DNA of 64,000 nt from Candidatus Omnitrophota bacterium (GCA_016198905.1 JACQHR010000004.1:3485-67484); one strand, 5' to 3'; shown: positions 31,516 to 42,081, numbered from the stretch's first letter. Notes: generated by a model from the sequence alone, not told the origin. Program-made: numbers and translations.

Positions 31516-31986
31516 ATGAGTATTATGGAGTTCTTGGATGACCGGGCGGTCAGTATCGATGTCAAAACGCAGCAGAAGGAAGACGTCATTCGCGAGCTGG
31601 TCGGCTTGCTCGTGAAGGCCGGCTCGATTAAGGACAAGGATGTCCATAAACTCGTGCAGATTCTGCTCAACCGCGAAGCGCTCGGGTCGACAGGCATTGG
31701 GCAAGGGGTGGCGATTCCCCATGGCAAGTCCGACTGCGTCGACCGCCTCATTGCGGCTTTCGCCGTCTCAAAAAATGGCGTCAGCTTCGATTCCCTCGAC
31801 GGGGAGCCGGTGCATCTGTTCTTCCTCCTGGTGGCTCCGGAGGATTCCGCCGGGCCGCACCTCAAAGCGCTGGCGCGGATTTCCCGCCTGCTGAAAGACA
31901 AACATTTCCGCGATAGCCTGCAGGCGGCCAAGGACGAAAAAACCCTCCTCAAGATCATCCGGGACGAAGACGAGCGTCGCCATTGA
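31516..31986 (+). CDS. ptsN: PTS EIIA-Ntr (nitrogen regulatory IIA, fructose/mannitol-type IIA fold)
   Basis: Motif REALGSTGIGQGVAIPHGK contains the phosphorylatable His. 156 aa, typical PtsN size. Confidence 0.85.
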   Translation: MSIMEFLDDRAVSIDVKTQQKEDVIRELVGLLVKAGSIKDKDVHKLVQILLNREALGSTGIGQGVAIPHGKSDCVDRLIAAFAVSKNGVSFDSLDGEPVHLFFLLVAPEDSAGPHLKALARISRLLKDKHFRDSLQAAKDEKTLLKIIRDEDERRH

Positions 31987-32033
31987 GGAGGAGCAAGCGG
32001 GGTGACGTCGTCACGCCGCATGCGCCCACATCG

Positions 32034-33302
32034 ATGCGATTCTTGAAGTGGTTCTACCCAGGTATGCGGGTCAAGCGATGGCTCTCCCTCGCCATCGTGG
32101 GGGTCTTCCTCTTTGGGATCGGCTCCGCCCTCCTGCCAGTCGAAGGCGGCATTCTCCTGCGCCTGACGAGTCTGGTCATGCTCCTCTCCGGATTGCTCGC
32201 CATCGTGTTCGGCATCGGGTTGATGGGCCGCTCGCTCCTCGAAGTCGTGACTCCCGCGCATACGCAGGATCTCGTGGAGCTCGTCTTTCAGCGGCGCCAC
32301 CTCGAGAAGGGGCCCAAAGTGGTCGTCATCGGCGGCGGCACCGGACTCTCGACGCTGCTACACGGCCTGAAACACTACACGACCAATCTCACCGCGATCG
32401 TGACGGTGGCGGATGACGGCGGCAGCTCGGGCCGCCTGCGCCAGGAGTTCGACATGCTCCCGCCCGGCGATATCCGCAACTGTCTCGTGGCCCTGGCCGA
32501 TACCGAGCCGCTCATGCAGCGCTTGTTCCAATACCGCTTTGCGGAGGACTCCGCCCTTAAAGGCCATAACTTCGGCAACCTCTTCATTACGGCGATGACG
32601 AAAATCACCGGAGATTTCGAGCGGGCGGTCCAGGCCTCCAGCAAGGTGCTGGCGATTCGCGGGCGCGTAGTACCCTCGACCAACACGAAGGTGCGGCTGG
32701 CGGCGGAGCACGACGACGGCAGCATCACGCTGGGCGAAACGAACATTTCGCAGGCGGAAGCGCCCATTCGCCGGATTTACCTCGACCCGCAGGGCTGCCA
32801 GCCGACGGTGAGCGCGCTCGAAGCGATCGCGGAGGCCAACGCCATCATCTTCGGTCCGGGCTCGCTCTACACGAGCATCATCCCGAATCTGCTGGTGGAC
32901 CGCATGGTCGATGCGATCGTCCAATCGAAGGCGATGAAAATCTATGTCTGCAATGTCATGACGCAATCGCGCGAGACGCGTGGGTATAAAGCAAGCGACC
33001 ACGTGCAGGCGCTGGTGACGCATACGAATCCCGGCATCGTGCAGGTCTGCATTGTGAACACCGAACCCGTGCCGCCGGCGCTGTTGGAGCGCTATCGCCA
33101 AGAGGAGGCGTTTCCGGTGGAGCCGGACATCGACGGCATTCGCAAGCTCGGCTACCAGGTGGTGGCGGAGAACATCATCAGTCTCGAGAACTACGTCCGT
33201 CACGATCCCGACAAAATCTCGAAGCTTGTCATTCAACTCATCGTCGGTGCGCGCCGCCCGTTGGCGCCCACCGTTTCGGCTGACGCACAGCCCGCAACAT
33301 GA
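32034..33302 (+). CDS. yvcK: YvcK / CofD-like gluconeogenesis factor family protein with N-terminal membrane segment
   Basis: VVVIGGGTGLSTLLHGLK, VTVADDGGSSGRLR and GPGSLYTSIIPNLLV motifs. ATG 32034 chosen over TTG 31983. Two hydrophobic helices precede the domain. Confidence 0.8.
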   Translation: MRFLKWFYPGMRVKRWLSLAIVGVFLFGIGSALLPVEGGILLRLTSLVMLLSGLLAIVFGIGLMGRSLLEVVTPAHTQDLVELVFQRRHLEKGPKVVVIGGGTGLSTLLHGLKHYTTNLTAIVTVADDGGSSGRLRQEFDMLPPGDIRNCLVALADTEPLMQRLFQYRFAEDSALKGHNFGNLFITAMTKITGDFERAVQASSKVLAIRGRVVPSTNTKVRLAAEHDDGSITLGETNISQAEAPIRRIYLDPQGCQPTVSALEAIAEANAIIFGPGSLYTSIIPNLLVDRMVDAIVQSKAMKIYVCNVMTQSRETRGYKASDHVQALVTHTNPGIVQVCIVNTEPVPPALLERYRQEEAFPVEPDIDGIRKLGYQVVAENIISLENYVRHDPDKISKLVIQLIVGARRPLAPTVSADAQPAT

Positions 33303-33323
33303 ACAATCGCATCGTGTACTATG

Positions 33324-33443
33324 GTGACGTTCACGGGTCCTGCCGCTGCGCCACCCCACCTCGTCCTCGCCGCGCCGCACTATCGGCGTCGTCGGCTCCG
33401 GGCGAGGTAGGGGCCTCGGCTCCGCGTCACCCGCGAACGTCAC
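33324..33443. repeat. GC-rich palindromic element copy G (yvcK/GH57 intergenic)
   Basis: Terminal inverted repeats GTGACGTTCACGGGT (33324-33338) and ACCCGCGAACGTCAC (33429-33443). The core 33362-33397 is the reverse complement of 14718-14753. Confidence 0.7.
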
Positions 33444-33465
33444 TAAGACATGTGACGACGTCGAC

Positions 33466-35610
33466 ATGAATCCGTCCGTGACGTTCTTGATGGCGTTTCA
33501 TTGTCATCAGCCGGTCGGCAATTTTGGATTTGTGTTCGAGGAGGCCTACGCGAAGGCGTACGACCCGTTCCTCGGCGTGCTCGAGCGGCATCCGGACGTG
33601 CGGCTGGCGCTGCATTACAGCGGCTGCCTCCTCGACTGGCTGCTTGAGCATCGGCCGGCGTTCGTTCAGCGCCTGCGCGCCCTCGTCACGCGCGGTCAGA
33701 TCGAGCTGCTCGCCTCCGGCTACTACGAGCCGATCCTCCCGCTCATTCCGGAAGCGGATCGGCAGGGACAAATCGCGCAGATGCGGCACGCGCTGCGCGC
33801 GCACTGCCGCGCCGAGGCTACGGGATTATGGCTGACCGAGCGCGTCTGGGAGCCGGACCTGCCGTCGACACTAGCCCAGGCCGGGATCCGCTATACGATG
33901 GTCGATACGAATCAGTTTGCGGGCGCGCGGCCGTGGCTGCCGGCTCGCGTGCAGGTGCACGATGACGCGTTTTGGGATTTGCTGGGCAGCTACGAGACGG
34001 AATATGCCGGCGCCTCGGTGCGGTTGTTTCCGGCGTCGAAACGGCTGCGCTATTCGATGCCGTTTCAGCCGGTGCCGCAGACGATCGACTTTCTGAAGCG
34101 GCTCAAGCGAGACGAGCCCTTCGACTCGCGTTGCTCGCTCAGGGCGAATGGTGAGCCCGTCGAACCAGAGCCGGTCGCCATCACGTTTGCCGACGATGGA
34201 GAGAAATTCGGGCTGTGGCCGAAGACCTACGCATGGGTGTACGAAGAAGGCTGGCTCGACCAGTTCTTCACGGCCCTTGAGCGGGAGCGTGCGTGGCTGC
34301 GTACCACGACGTTTGCCGACTACGCGCACACGACGGCGCCTGACGGGACCGTCTATTTGCCGTGCGGCAGCTACGAGGAAATGCTCGAGTGGTCGGGCGG
34401 CTATTTCAGGAACTTCTTTACAAAATATCCCGAAGCGAACGCGATGCTCCAAAAAATGCTGCATGTGAGTCAAGCGATTGCGCAGAGCAAGCAAGCAGGG
34501 CTTCAGGCCACAGGCTCCAAGCGTCAGGCAAAAAACAAAAGGCCTGCGGCTGGTGGCCTGCAGCTGGAAGCAAAACGGCGCGAAGCATTACTTCGCGACG
34601 CGGAGCAAGCGCTCTACACCGGCCAGTGCAATTGCGCCTACTGGCACGGGGTGTTTGGCGGGCTCTACCTGTCGCATCTGCGGCGGGCTGTCTATGCGCA
34701 TCTGATCAGCGCCGAGCAGCTCTTGAACCAGGTTGAAGCGATCGGGCCGTCCATCACAATCTTCGATGCCGATGGCGACGGCCGTGACGACGTGAGCCTG
34801 AAGACGGCGACGACCGGGCTCGTGATCGATCCTGCCGACGGCGGCACGATCACGGAGTGGAGCCTCTATGGCGCCAACGTGAACCTCCTCGATACGCTCG
34901 CGCGCCGGCCCGAGCCGTACCATGACAAGCTCCGCAGCAAGCAGCCTGAGCGTGCGGCGACCTCGAGCGGCCAGCAAACCCCAGCCAGCATCCATGACTT
35001 GGTGGCGGTGAAGGAGGAGAATCTCGCCTCGCACCTCATCTATGATGACCATCGGCGCAGCGCCTTTCTTGACTATGCCTTGGAGGGGATGCCGACCCTC
35101 GAGCGGGTGGTGCGCTCGACGTGGGGTGAGCGTCGGCTGTGGTCGGGAGGGTCGTTTGCGCTTGAGAAGCCTCCGACACGCGGCGCGCGGAAGGCGACCA
35201 TGCTTGATGTCTCGATGGTGCGGTTGCTTGAAACAGGATCGATTCGAAAATCCATTCGTCTGCATGCGAAGACGTCCGTCGTCGAGTGCGGCTATCGCCT
35301 CGAAGGCTTGGATGTACCGGTCATCGCGTTGGAGTGGAACGTGTCGCTGCGCGACGAGCGCTATCTGGCGACACCACGGGAGTATGCCGAAGCGACGCAA
35401 TTCGGCCTCGAGGACCCTCACGCGGGTGTCGCACTGACGCTGTCGATGGATCGCCCGGCGCGGCTGCTTCATTTTCCCATTGAAACGGTGTCCGAGTCCG
35501 AGCACGGGCTTGAGCGGACCTATCAAGGATTGTGCATCGTCTGCCTCTGGACCCTGGAAGGGGCCCGGTCGTGGGAGACGCGACTGCAGTGGAGTGCGAC
35601 GACACGCTGA
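33466..35610 (+). CDS. Glycoside hydrolase family 57 alpha-glucan-active enzyme (amylase / glucanotransferase type)
   Basis: N-terminus FHCHQPVGNF, LALHYSGCLLDWL and ELLASGYYEPILPLIP are GH57 signature regions. 714 aa with C-terminal DUF1925/1926-like extension. Confidence 0.8.
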   Translation: MNPSVTFLMAFHCHQPVGNFGFVFEEAYAKAYDPFLGVLERHPDVRLALHYSGCLLDWLLEHRPAFVQRLRALVTRGQIELLASGYYEPILPLIPEADRQGQIAQMRHALRAHCRAEATGLWLTERVWEPDLPSTLAQAGIRYTMVDTNQFAGARPWLPARVQVHDDAFWDLLGSYETEYAGASVRLFPASKRLRYSMPFQPVPQTIDFLKRLKRDEPFDSRCSLRANGEPVEPEPVAITFADDGEKFGLWPKTYAWVYEEGWLDQFFTALERERAWLRTTTFADYAHTTAPDGTVYLPCGSYEEMLEWSGGYFRNFFTKYPEANAMLQKMLHVSQAIAQSKQAGLQATGSKRQAKNKRPAAGGLQLEAKRREALLRDAEQALYTGQCNCAYWHGVFGGLYLSHLRRAVYAHLISAEQLLNQVEAIGPSITIFDADGDGRDDVSLKTATTGLVIDPADGGTITEWSLYGANVNLLDTLARRPEPYHDKLRSKQPERAATSSGQQTPASIHDLVAVKEENLASHLIYDDHRRSAFLDYALEGMPTLERVVRSTWGERRLWSGGSFALEKPPTRGARKATMLDVSMVRLLETGSIRKSIRLHAKTSVVECGYRLEGLDVPVIALEWNVSLRDERYLATPREYAEATQFGLEDPHAGVALTLSMDRPARLLHFPIETVSESEHGLERTYQGLCIVCLWTLEGARSWETRLQWSATTR

Positions 35611-35903
35611 TGCCTGTGGCGCAGAAGACCGTGACCATTATCCACCGACAAGGGCTGCACGCCCGTCCAGCCGCCCTCTTTGTCCAACTGGCGAAACGCT
35701 TCGCGAGCAAAGTCACCATCAAGAAGGGCCGCAAGATCGTCGACGGCAAATCGATCATGGGCTTGTTGACCTTGGCGGCCGGTCCCGGCGCGCGTATCGC
35801 CATTATTGCGGACGGCCCCGATGCGGATGAGGCGCTGAATGGCCTCATCGGCTTAGTGACCCAGCCGCTGCCGGAGCCTCCAGCTTCGCAGACGTATTCA
35901 TGA
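35610..35903 (+). CDS. ptsH: Phosphocarrier protein HPr/NPr
   Basis: ATG overlaps the GH57 stop (TGATG). GLHARPA (His15) and GKSIMGLLTL (Ser46 region) motifs. 97 aa. Confidence 0.8.
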   Translation: MPVAQKTVTIIHRQGLHARPAALFVQLAKRFASKVTIKKGRKIVDGKSIMGLLTLAAGPGARIAIIADGPDADEALNGLIGLVTQPLPEPPASQTYS

Positions 35904-37642
35904 ACACCCTCAAAGGCATTCCCGCCGCACCAGGCGTGGCCATGGGCCGCGTGATGTTCTTCGACAGCGAAGACATCGTCGTGCCGAAACGCGCGATTAC
36001 CGAGGACCAAGTCCCCTATGAAGTCCTGCGTCTTGAAGAGGCGCTGATCAAGACGCGCCACCAGATCATCAGCATTCAGAAGAAACTCTCAGTGGAGTTG
36101 GGGCAGGAGCACGCCGAGATCCTCAACGCGCACCTGCTCGTCCTGGAAGATCAGTCGCTGCGCGAAGAGATCATCCATGGGCTGAGGCGCCAATTGCTCA
36201 ACGTCGAGACGATCTTCAATGAGGTGATCCGCCGGCACCTCAAGGCCTTCTCCCGAACCGAAGACGAGTACCTGCGCGAGCGGACCGCCGACATCGAGGA
36301 TGTGCGCAAGCGCATTCTGCGCAACCTTCTCGGCAAGCAGTCCGCGACGCTGGCCCAGTTGGACCAGCAGGTGGTCGTGGTCGCGCACGATCTCTCGCCA
36401 TCGGAAACCGCGCAGATGCACAAGCAGCACGTGCTGGCCTTCGTCACGGACATCGGAGGCCGGACCAGCCACACGGCGATCATGGCCAAGTCGCTCGAAA
36501 TTCCCGCGGTCGTCGGGGTGGCGGTGGCGACCAAGAAGATTCAGAAGGGCGAGTTCGTCATCGTCGACGGCACGCGCGGCGAGGTGATTCTCGATCCGGA
36601 TCAGGACACGATCAAGCGCTATGAAGTCGAGCAGCGGCGCCATCAGGAGCTCAACCGGCAGCTCCTCCACTTGAAGGATTTGCCGGCGGAAACGCTCGAT
36701 CACCACACCGTGGTCCTCTCCGCCAATATTGAGTTGCCGGATGAGCTGCCCTCGGTGATCGCCCACGGAGCCGACGGCATCGGACTCTTCCGGACGGAGT
36801 TTTTGTATTTGAACCGCAGCGATTTTCCGACGGAAGAGGAGCAGTACGAGGCGTACCGGACGGTCGCGGAACAGCTCTCGCCGCACCCGGTCATCATCCG
36901 CACGATGGATCTGGGGGGTGATAAGTTCTTCTCGCCTATGCAAGTGCCGACGGAGATGAACCCCTTCATGGGGTGGCGCGCGGTGCGCTTCAGCCTCGCG
37001 CGGCCCGATATCTTTCGCTTGCAGTTGCGCGCCGTGATGCGGGCCAGCATGCACGGCAATTTGAAGCTCATGTATCCGATGATTTCCGGCGTCGAAGAGC
37101 TGCGGCGGGCGAATGAGATCCTGCACGAGGTCAAGCAGGAGCTCACCCGCGAGGGCGTGCCGTTTTCCGCCACCATGGAGGTGGGGGCCATGATCGAAGT
37201 CCCCTCCGCGGCGCTGACGTGCGATCTGCTCGCGAAGGAGGTCAAGTTCTTTTCCATCGGCACGAACGACCTCATTCAGTATTCGCTCGCCGTCGATCGC
37301 GTGAATGAAAAAATCGCGTACCTCTACGAGCCGACGCACCCGGCGATTCTGCGTCTCATCAAGCAGATCATCGACGTCGGCCACGCCAATAAGCTGTGGG
37401 TAGGGATGTGCGGGGAGATGGCGGGCGAGCCTCCGCTGAGCCTGCTGTTGCTGGGCATGGGGCTCGATGAGTTCTCGACGTCGCCGGCGCAGCTGCCCAT
37501 CGTCAAGCAAGTGATCCGGTCCGTGGAGTACTCGTTTGCCAAATCCGTCGTCGAAGAGGCCTTGACTCTGCGGACAGGGAAGGAAGTTGAGGCGTTCCTC
37601 TCGGCGAGCCTCAAGCACGTGGCCCCCGCGCTGGTCGAATAG
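35900..37642 (+). CDS. ptsI: Phosphoenolpyruvate-protein phosphotransferase (PTS Enzyme I)
   Basis: ATGA overlap with HPr. GGRTSHTAIMAKSLEIPAVVG (active His), GIGLFRTEFLY and FFSIGTNDLIQY motifs. 580 aa, no GAF domain. Confidence 0.92.
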   Translation: MNTLKGIPAAPGVAMGRVMFFDSEDIVVPKRAITEDQVPYEVLRLEEALIKTRHQIISIQKKLSVELGQEHAEILNAHLLVLEDQSLREEIIHGLRRQLLNVETIFNEVIRRHLKAFSRTEDEYLRERTADIEDVRKRILRNLLGKQSATLAQLDQQVVVVAHDLSPSETAQMHKQHVLAFVTDIGGRTSHTAIMAKSLEIPAVVGVAVATKKIQKGEFVIVDGTRGEVILDPDQDTIKRYEVEQRRHQELNRQLLHLKDLPAETLDHHTVVLSANIELPDELPSVIAHGADGIGLFRTEFLYLNRSDFPTEEEQYEAYRTVAEQLSPHPVIIRTMDLGGDKFFSPMQVPTEMNPFMGWRAVRFSLARPDIFRLQLRAVMRASMHGNLKLMYPMISGVEELRRANEILHEVKQELTREGVPFSATMEVGAMIEVPSAALTCDLLAKEVKFFSIGTNDLIQYSLAVDRVNEKIAYLYEPTHPAILRLIKQIIDVGHANKLWVGMCGEMAGEPPLSLLLLGMGLDEFSTSPAQLPIVKQVIRSVEYSFAKSVVEEALTLRTGKEVEAFLSASLKHVAPALVE

Positions 37643-37661
37643 GGTGGGCTGACGGGGATCG

Positions 37662-38447
37662 ATGGCGCTGACGGTGGTGCTGCTGGCGGCCGGCTATGCG
37701 ACGCGGTTGTATCCTCTGACCAAAGATCGCCCCAAGGCGCTGCTGCCGTTTGGACGAGCGACACAAGGCCGGGCGCCGGCGGGTCAGATCCCGCCGCGGG
37801 TCATCCTCGATGACGTGTGCCGGTCGCTCAAGGATCTCGCAGACGTCCGGACGTGCGTGCTGGTGACCAATCACCGATTTGCCGAGCAGTTTCGCCGGTG
37901 GCAGCAGGCCAGACGCTTCCCGGTCCGCGTGCTGGATGACGGCACGGAAACGGCCGAGACTCGGTTGGGAGCCATCCGCGATCTGGACCTGGCGCGAAAG
38001 CTCGGCCAGCCGCAGAACGATATTCTCGTCATTGGCACGGACAATCTCTTTACCTGGTCAGTCGCGGACTTTGTCGATCAGGCCCGTCGCCACGCCCCCC
38101 ACCCGAGCATTGCGTTATGGGAGGCGTCATCGACGGATGCGGCGACCCAATTCGGCGTCGTGCAGCGCGACGCGACATCCCGGATTATCACGTTCGTGGA
38201 GAAATCCGCGCAGCCTCCCTCCAAGGAGGTCGCCCTATGCGTCTACTATTTTCCGGCGGCGATGTGCGGCGAGATCCAACGATTCCTCGACGAGGGGGGC
38301 CATGCCGATGCCCCGGGCTATTTCATCCAGTGGCTCGTCCGCCAGGGCATCGTGTACGGAATCATGATGCCGGGCGCGTGGTATGATATCGGGACCGTTG
38401 AGACCTACGAAACCGTCAGGGGCGAGTGGTTACACCGCACCGAATAG
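37662..38447 (+). CDS. Sugar-phosphate nucleotidyltransferase family protein
   Basis: N-terminal [23 protein letters not shown] (GXGTRL-type motif) and GVV......FVEK pattern. Specificity not assignable. Confidence 0.65.
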   Translation: MALTVVLLAAGYATRLYPLTKDRPKALLPFGRATQGRAPAGQIPPRVILDDVCRSLKDLADVRTCVLVTNHRFAEQFRRWQQARRFPVRVLDDGTETAETRLGAIRDLDLARKLGQPQNDILVIGTDNLFTWSVADFVDQARRHAPHPSIALWEASSTDAATQFGVVQRDATSRIITFVEKSAQPPSKEVALCVYYFPAAMCGEIQRFLDEGGHADAPGYFIQWLVRQGIVYGIMMPGAWYDIGTVETYETVRGEWLHRTE

Positions 38448-38461
38448 GAAGAGGAGGCTTC

Positions 38462-39610
38462 ATGCGACGTCATCTGTTTACCTCGGAGTCCGTGACCGAG
38501 GGGCACCCGGATAAGATCGCCGATCAAATCTCCGACGCGGTGCTCGATGCGATCTATGAGAAGGACCCGAATGGGCGGGTCGCGTGCGAGGCGCTCGTGA
38601 CGACCGGCCTGGCGTTCGTCGCCGGGGAAATCACCACGTCCTGCTACATCGAAATTCCGCAGGTGGTCCGCGAGACCATTCACCGCATCGGGTACGTGGA
38701 GCCGGAGCACGGCTTTGCCTACAGGACGTGCGGAGTCGCCACGGCGATCCAGTCCCAATCACCGGATATTGCGCTGGGAGTGGATAAGGGTGGGGCCGGC
38801 GATCAAGGCATGATGTTCGGCTACGCCACGAACGAAACTCCGGAGTACATGCCGCTGCCGATCATGCTGGCCCATCGCTTGGCGCGCCGGCTCGCCGAAG
38901 TGCGCAAGCAGCGGTTGGTCGACTATCTGCGACCAGACGGCAAAACGCAGGTGACGATTGAATATCACGACGGCCATGTAGGACGCGTGGAAGCCGTCGT
39001 GGTCAGCGCCCATCACAAAGCGGGTGTCACGCTCTCCACGATTCGAGCGGACATCAAACGGCTCGTCATCGAGCCGATCGTCCCCAAGCAGTGGCTGGAT
39101 AAGCAAACGAAGATTTTCGTGAATCCGACGGGCCGCTTCGAAGTCGGCGGGCCGATGGGCGACACGGGGCTCACGGGCCGCAAGATCATCATGGACACGT
39201 ACGGCGGAGTGATCGGCCACGGAGGTGGGGCGTTCTCCGGTAAGGATCCGACCAAAGTCGACCGTTCGGCGGCGTACATGGCGCGCTATGTGGCGAAAAA
39301 TCTCGTCGCTGCCGGCGTAGCCGATAAATGCGAGATTCAGCTAGCTTATGCGATTGGTGTGGCAGAGCCAGTGTCAGTCATGGTGGATACGCACGGCACG
39401 GGCAAGCTGTCGGAGCAGAGCATCATCAAGATCATCCGGGACATCTTTGATCTGACCCCGCTGGGGATCATCCGCACATTGAAATTGCGGCGGCCGATTT
39501 ACCTGAAGACCGCGGCGTACGGGCACTTTGGCCGCGATGACGACGGGCTCACCTGGGAGGAGCTCGACCGCGTCAATGAGATCAAGAAAGCTGCGAGGCA
39601 CCATACATGA
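38462..39610 (+). CDS. metK: S-adenosylmethionine synthetase
   Basis: [42 protein letters not shown] and [19 protein letters not shown] signatures. Confidence 0.95.
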   Translation: MRRHLFTSESVTEGHPDKIADQISDAVLDAIYEKDPNGRVACEALVTTGLAFVAGEITTSCYIEIPQVVRETIHRIGYVEPEHGFAYRTCGVATAIQSQSPDIALGVDKGGAGDQGMMFGYATNETPEYMPLPIMLAHRLARRLAEVRKQRLVDYLRPDGKTQVTIEYHDGHVGRVEAVVVSAHHKAGVTLSTIRADIKRLVIEPIVPKQWLDKQTKIFVNPTGRFEVGGPMGDTGLTGRKIIMDTYGGVIGHGGGAFSGKDPTKVDRSAAYMARYVAKNLVAAGVADKCEIQLAYAIGVAEPVSVMVDTHGTGKLSEQSIIKIIRDIFDLTPLGIIRTLKLRRPIYLKTAAYGHFGRDDDGLTWEELDRVNEIKKAARHHT

Positions 39611-40869
39611 AGCCCCGCTTCCATATCAAGGACGCCGCGCTCGCCAAGAGCGGCGCGTCCAAGATCGAGTACGCGGCCAGCCAGATGCCGGTGCTGCTGC
39701 AGATTCGCGAGGACTTCGCTCGGACTCAACCGCTCAAGGGCGTGCGCCTGGCGTGTTGTCTGCATGTCACCACGGAAACGGCGCACCTCATGTTGACGCT
39801 GAAGGCCGGCGGAGCTCGGATCGCGCTGTGCGCGTCCAATCCGCTTTCCACGCAAGATGACATTGCCGCAAGCCTCGTCAAAGATTTTGGGATCTCGGTC
39901 TACGCCATTCGCGGCGAGGATCGCGACACGTACTACGACCATATCAAGACGGTGCTGTCCACGTCGCCCCACATCACGATGGATGACGGGGCGGACCTGG
40001 TTTCGACGATCCACAAGGAGCCGAAGCGATATGGCAAGGATATCATTGGCGGCACCGAAGAGACGACGACCGGAGTCATCCGGCTCAAGAGCCTGGATGC
40101 GCAGGGCAAGCTGCGCTATCCGGTGATTGCCGTCAACGACGCCGACACCAAGCACCTGTTTGACAACCGCTACGGCACCGGCCAATCCACCATCGATGGG
40201 ATCATCCGGGCCACGAACCGGCTCATCTCGGGCTCGACGTTCGTCGTCGCCGGCTATGGCTGGTGCGGCAAGGGCCTGGCCCAGCGCGCGAAGGGAATGG
40301 GTGCTCAGGTGCTGGTGACGGAGATCGATCCCATCAAAGGGCTCGAAGCGGTGATGGACGGTTTTCAAGTGATGAGCATGAAAGAGGCCGCCCGACGCGG
40401 GGATATCTTCGTGACGGTGACCGGCTGCTGCGAGGTCATCACCGGCGAGCACTTCTCGCTCATGAAGGACGGCGCGATCGTGGCCAACTCCGGCCACTTC
40501 GATGTGGAGATCGACCTTGAGGCGCTGAAAAAACTCGCGAAGAGCCATCAGGTGCTGCGCAGCGGCATCGACCAGTACACGCTCAAGAGCGGCCGGCGCA
40601 TCAACCTCTTAGGAGAAGGCCGGCTGGTCAACCTGGCCTGCGCCGAGGGGCATCCGCCCGGCGTGATGGACATGTCCTTCGCGAATCAAGCCCTCGCGAG
40701 CGAATATCTGATGCAGCAAGGATCGAAGCTGAAGCCGCACGTGTATGCGGTGCCGAAAGCCATCGATCAGAAGATCGCGCAGCTCAAGCTGAAGGCGCTT
40801 GGCGTGGCCATTGATCGGCTCACCCCGGCTCAGCGGAAGTATCTCTCGAGTTGGGAGGTCGGGACGTAA
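39607..40869 (+). CDS. ahcY: Adenosylhomocysteinase
   Basis: ATGA overlap with metK. SCNPLSTQD-like ([11 protein letters not shown]), [11 protein letters not shown] motif and GHFDVEID motifs. Confidence 0.95.
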   Translation: MKPRFHIKDAALAKSGASKIEYAASQMPVLLQIREDFARTQPLKGVRLACCLHVTTETAHLMLTLKAGGARIALCASNPLSTQDDIAASLVKDFGISVYAIRGEDRDTYYDHIKTVLSTSPHITMDDGADLVSTIHKEPKRYGKDIIGGTEETTTGVIRLKSLDAQGKLRYPVIAVNDADTKHLFDNRYGTGQSTIDGIIRATNRLISGSTFVVAGYGWCGKGLAQRAKGMGAQVLVTEIDPIKGLEAVMDGFQVMSMKEAARRGDIFVTVTGCCEVITGEHFSLMKDGAIVANSGHFDVEIDLEALKKLAKSHQVLRSGIDQYTLKSGRRINLLGEGRLVNLACAEGHPPGVMDMSFANQALASEYLMQQGSKLKPHVYAVPKAIDQKIAQLKLKALGVAIDRLTPAQRKYLSSWEVGT

Positions 40870-40885
40870 CTTCAGCTTGCCGTAG

Positions 40886-41974
40886 TTAGGGCGTACGTCC
40901 CAGCAGGCGCAGCGACCACCAGACGGCGAGGAAGTGCGGCGCCCAGACCGCGACGAACGTCGGCAACAGAAACATCCCCTTCTTGCCGACGCCTTCCCCG
41001 AATCCCACGAGGAAATAGTAGAGCAAACCCCACCCGAGGCTCAGGCCAAGCCCCCTGAGATTGCCCCGCAGTTGCGGTTGTGTCGAGCCGGCGAAGGCAA
41101 TCAAACAGACGATCAAGTTCATCAGCGGCAACGTGAGCTTCGCCATGAGCTCCACGGAGTAGCGCCGCACGTTCTTCATCCCGATCTGCTTCAGGCGCGT
41201 GATGAGCAAGCGCAATTGGCTGAACCGCATCGTCTCGATATGCGAGTCCGGTTGCGCAAACTGCTCCGGAGTCACCGGGTAGGAGATCAGGCGCTCGACG
41301 AACGGCTCAGGATCGCCCTGGAGCACTCCGCGCGGCCCCACACGATACATGGTGCCGTGCAAGAGCAGCCACCCGAACTTCGTCCACACGGCTCGGCTGG
41401 CGTAGAGGCCTTTTGTCGGCCGATTGTTCCAATCGTGCTCGAGGATCGTCAGGTCGTAGAGTCCTTTCGTTTTGGGGTCCATCACACGCGCGTGATAGAG
41501 CCGGTTGAAGGCATCCATGACCGCCACGTTATCCAGCGACTCCGGCTTCTCATCCGGGCTGCGAAACACCTGGCGCCTGATCTGGTCATAGATGAGGCTG
41601 CTGCGGGGGACGACGCGGTCATTGACGAAAAAGACGCCGAGGGCCGCCAGCCACCCGATAAACAGGAAGGGCACGCTGGCGCGCAGCAGGCTCGTGCCGC
41701 TGGCGTTCATCGCGAGCAGCTCTTGGTGGCGCGAGAGCCGTGTCGCGACGAACGCGGCGCTGAGCAAGAGGGCCAGCGGAGAGGCCCGCACGAAGACGAT
41801 GGGCAGGAAATTGAGATAGTACTGCACCATCGTGCCGACCGGAATGTGGTAGCGCAGGATTTCGTCGAGGTGCTCGAAGAGATCGATCAGGCAGCTGAGG
41901 AACATGAAGACGAGCAGGCACCACACCCAGACGGGGAAGAGTTGTCGCGCGGCGTATCGGTCAAGGATTCGCAT
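40886..41974 (-). CDS. lptG: LPS export ABC permease LptG (YjgP/YjgQ family)
   Basis: N-terminus MRILDRYAARQLF is typical of LptF/G. Six predicted TM segments with a large periplasmic loop. ATG 41974 chosen over GTG 42001. Confidence 0.75.
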   Translation of the reverse strand: MRILDRYAARQLFPVWVWCLLVFMFLSCLIDLFEHLDEILRYHIPVGTMVQYYLNFLPIVFVRASPLALLLSAAFVATRLSRHQELLAMNASGTSLLRASVPFLFIGWLAALGVFFVNDRVVPRSSLIYDQIRRQVFRSPDEKPESLDNVAVMDAFNRLYHARVMDPKTKGLYDLTILEHDWNNRPTKGLYASRAVWTKFGWLLLHGTMYRVGPRGVLQGDPEPFVERLISYPVTPEQFAQPDSHIETMRFSQLRLLITRLKQIGMKNVRRYSVELMAKLTLPLMNLIVCLIAFAGSTQPQLRGNLRGLGLSLGWGLLYYFLVGFGEGVGKKGMFLLPTFVAVWAPHFLAVWWSLRLLGRTP

Positions 41975-42081
41975 GATATCCAGACAGGAGACAAGAGACA
42001 CGAGACAGGAGACACGGCGGGAGTTCCAGTCTCCAGTCTCCAGTCTCCGGTCTCCGGTCTCTCACGTTGTGTTTCATTAAG
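41975..42081. repeat. GAGAC/GTCTC short-tandem-repeat imperfect hairpin between lptF and lptG
   Basis: The left arm is GAGACA/GGAGAC repeats. The right arm is CAGTCTC x3 then CGGTCTC x2. The arms are largely reverse complementary around ~42028. Confidence 0.6.

Noticed and set aside
36089-37618. 509-aa minus-strand ORF, opposite ptsI.
   Set aside because: It is a shadow ORF. The plus strand has all Enzyme I signatures.
38426-39610. SAM or SAH riboswitch upstream of metK or ahcY.
   Set aside because: metK starts ~15 nt after the upstream gene, and ahcY overlaps metK (ATGA). There is no room for a leader element.
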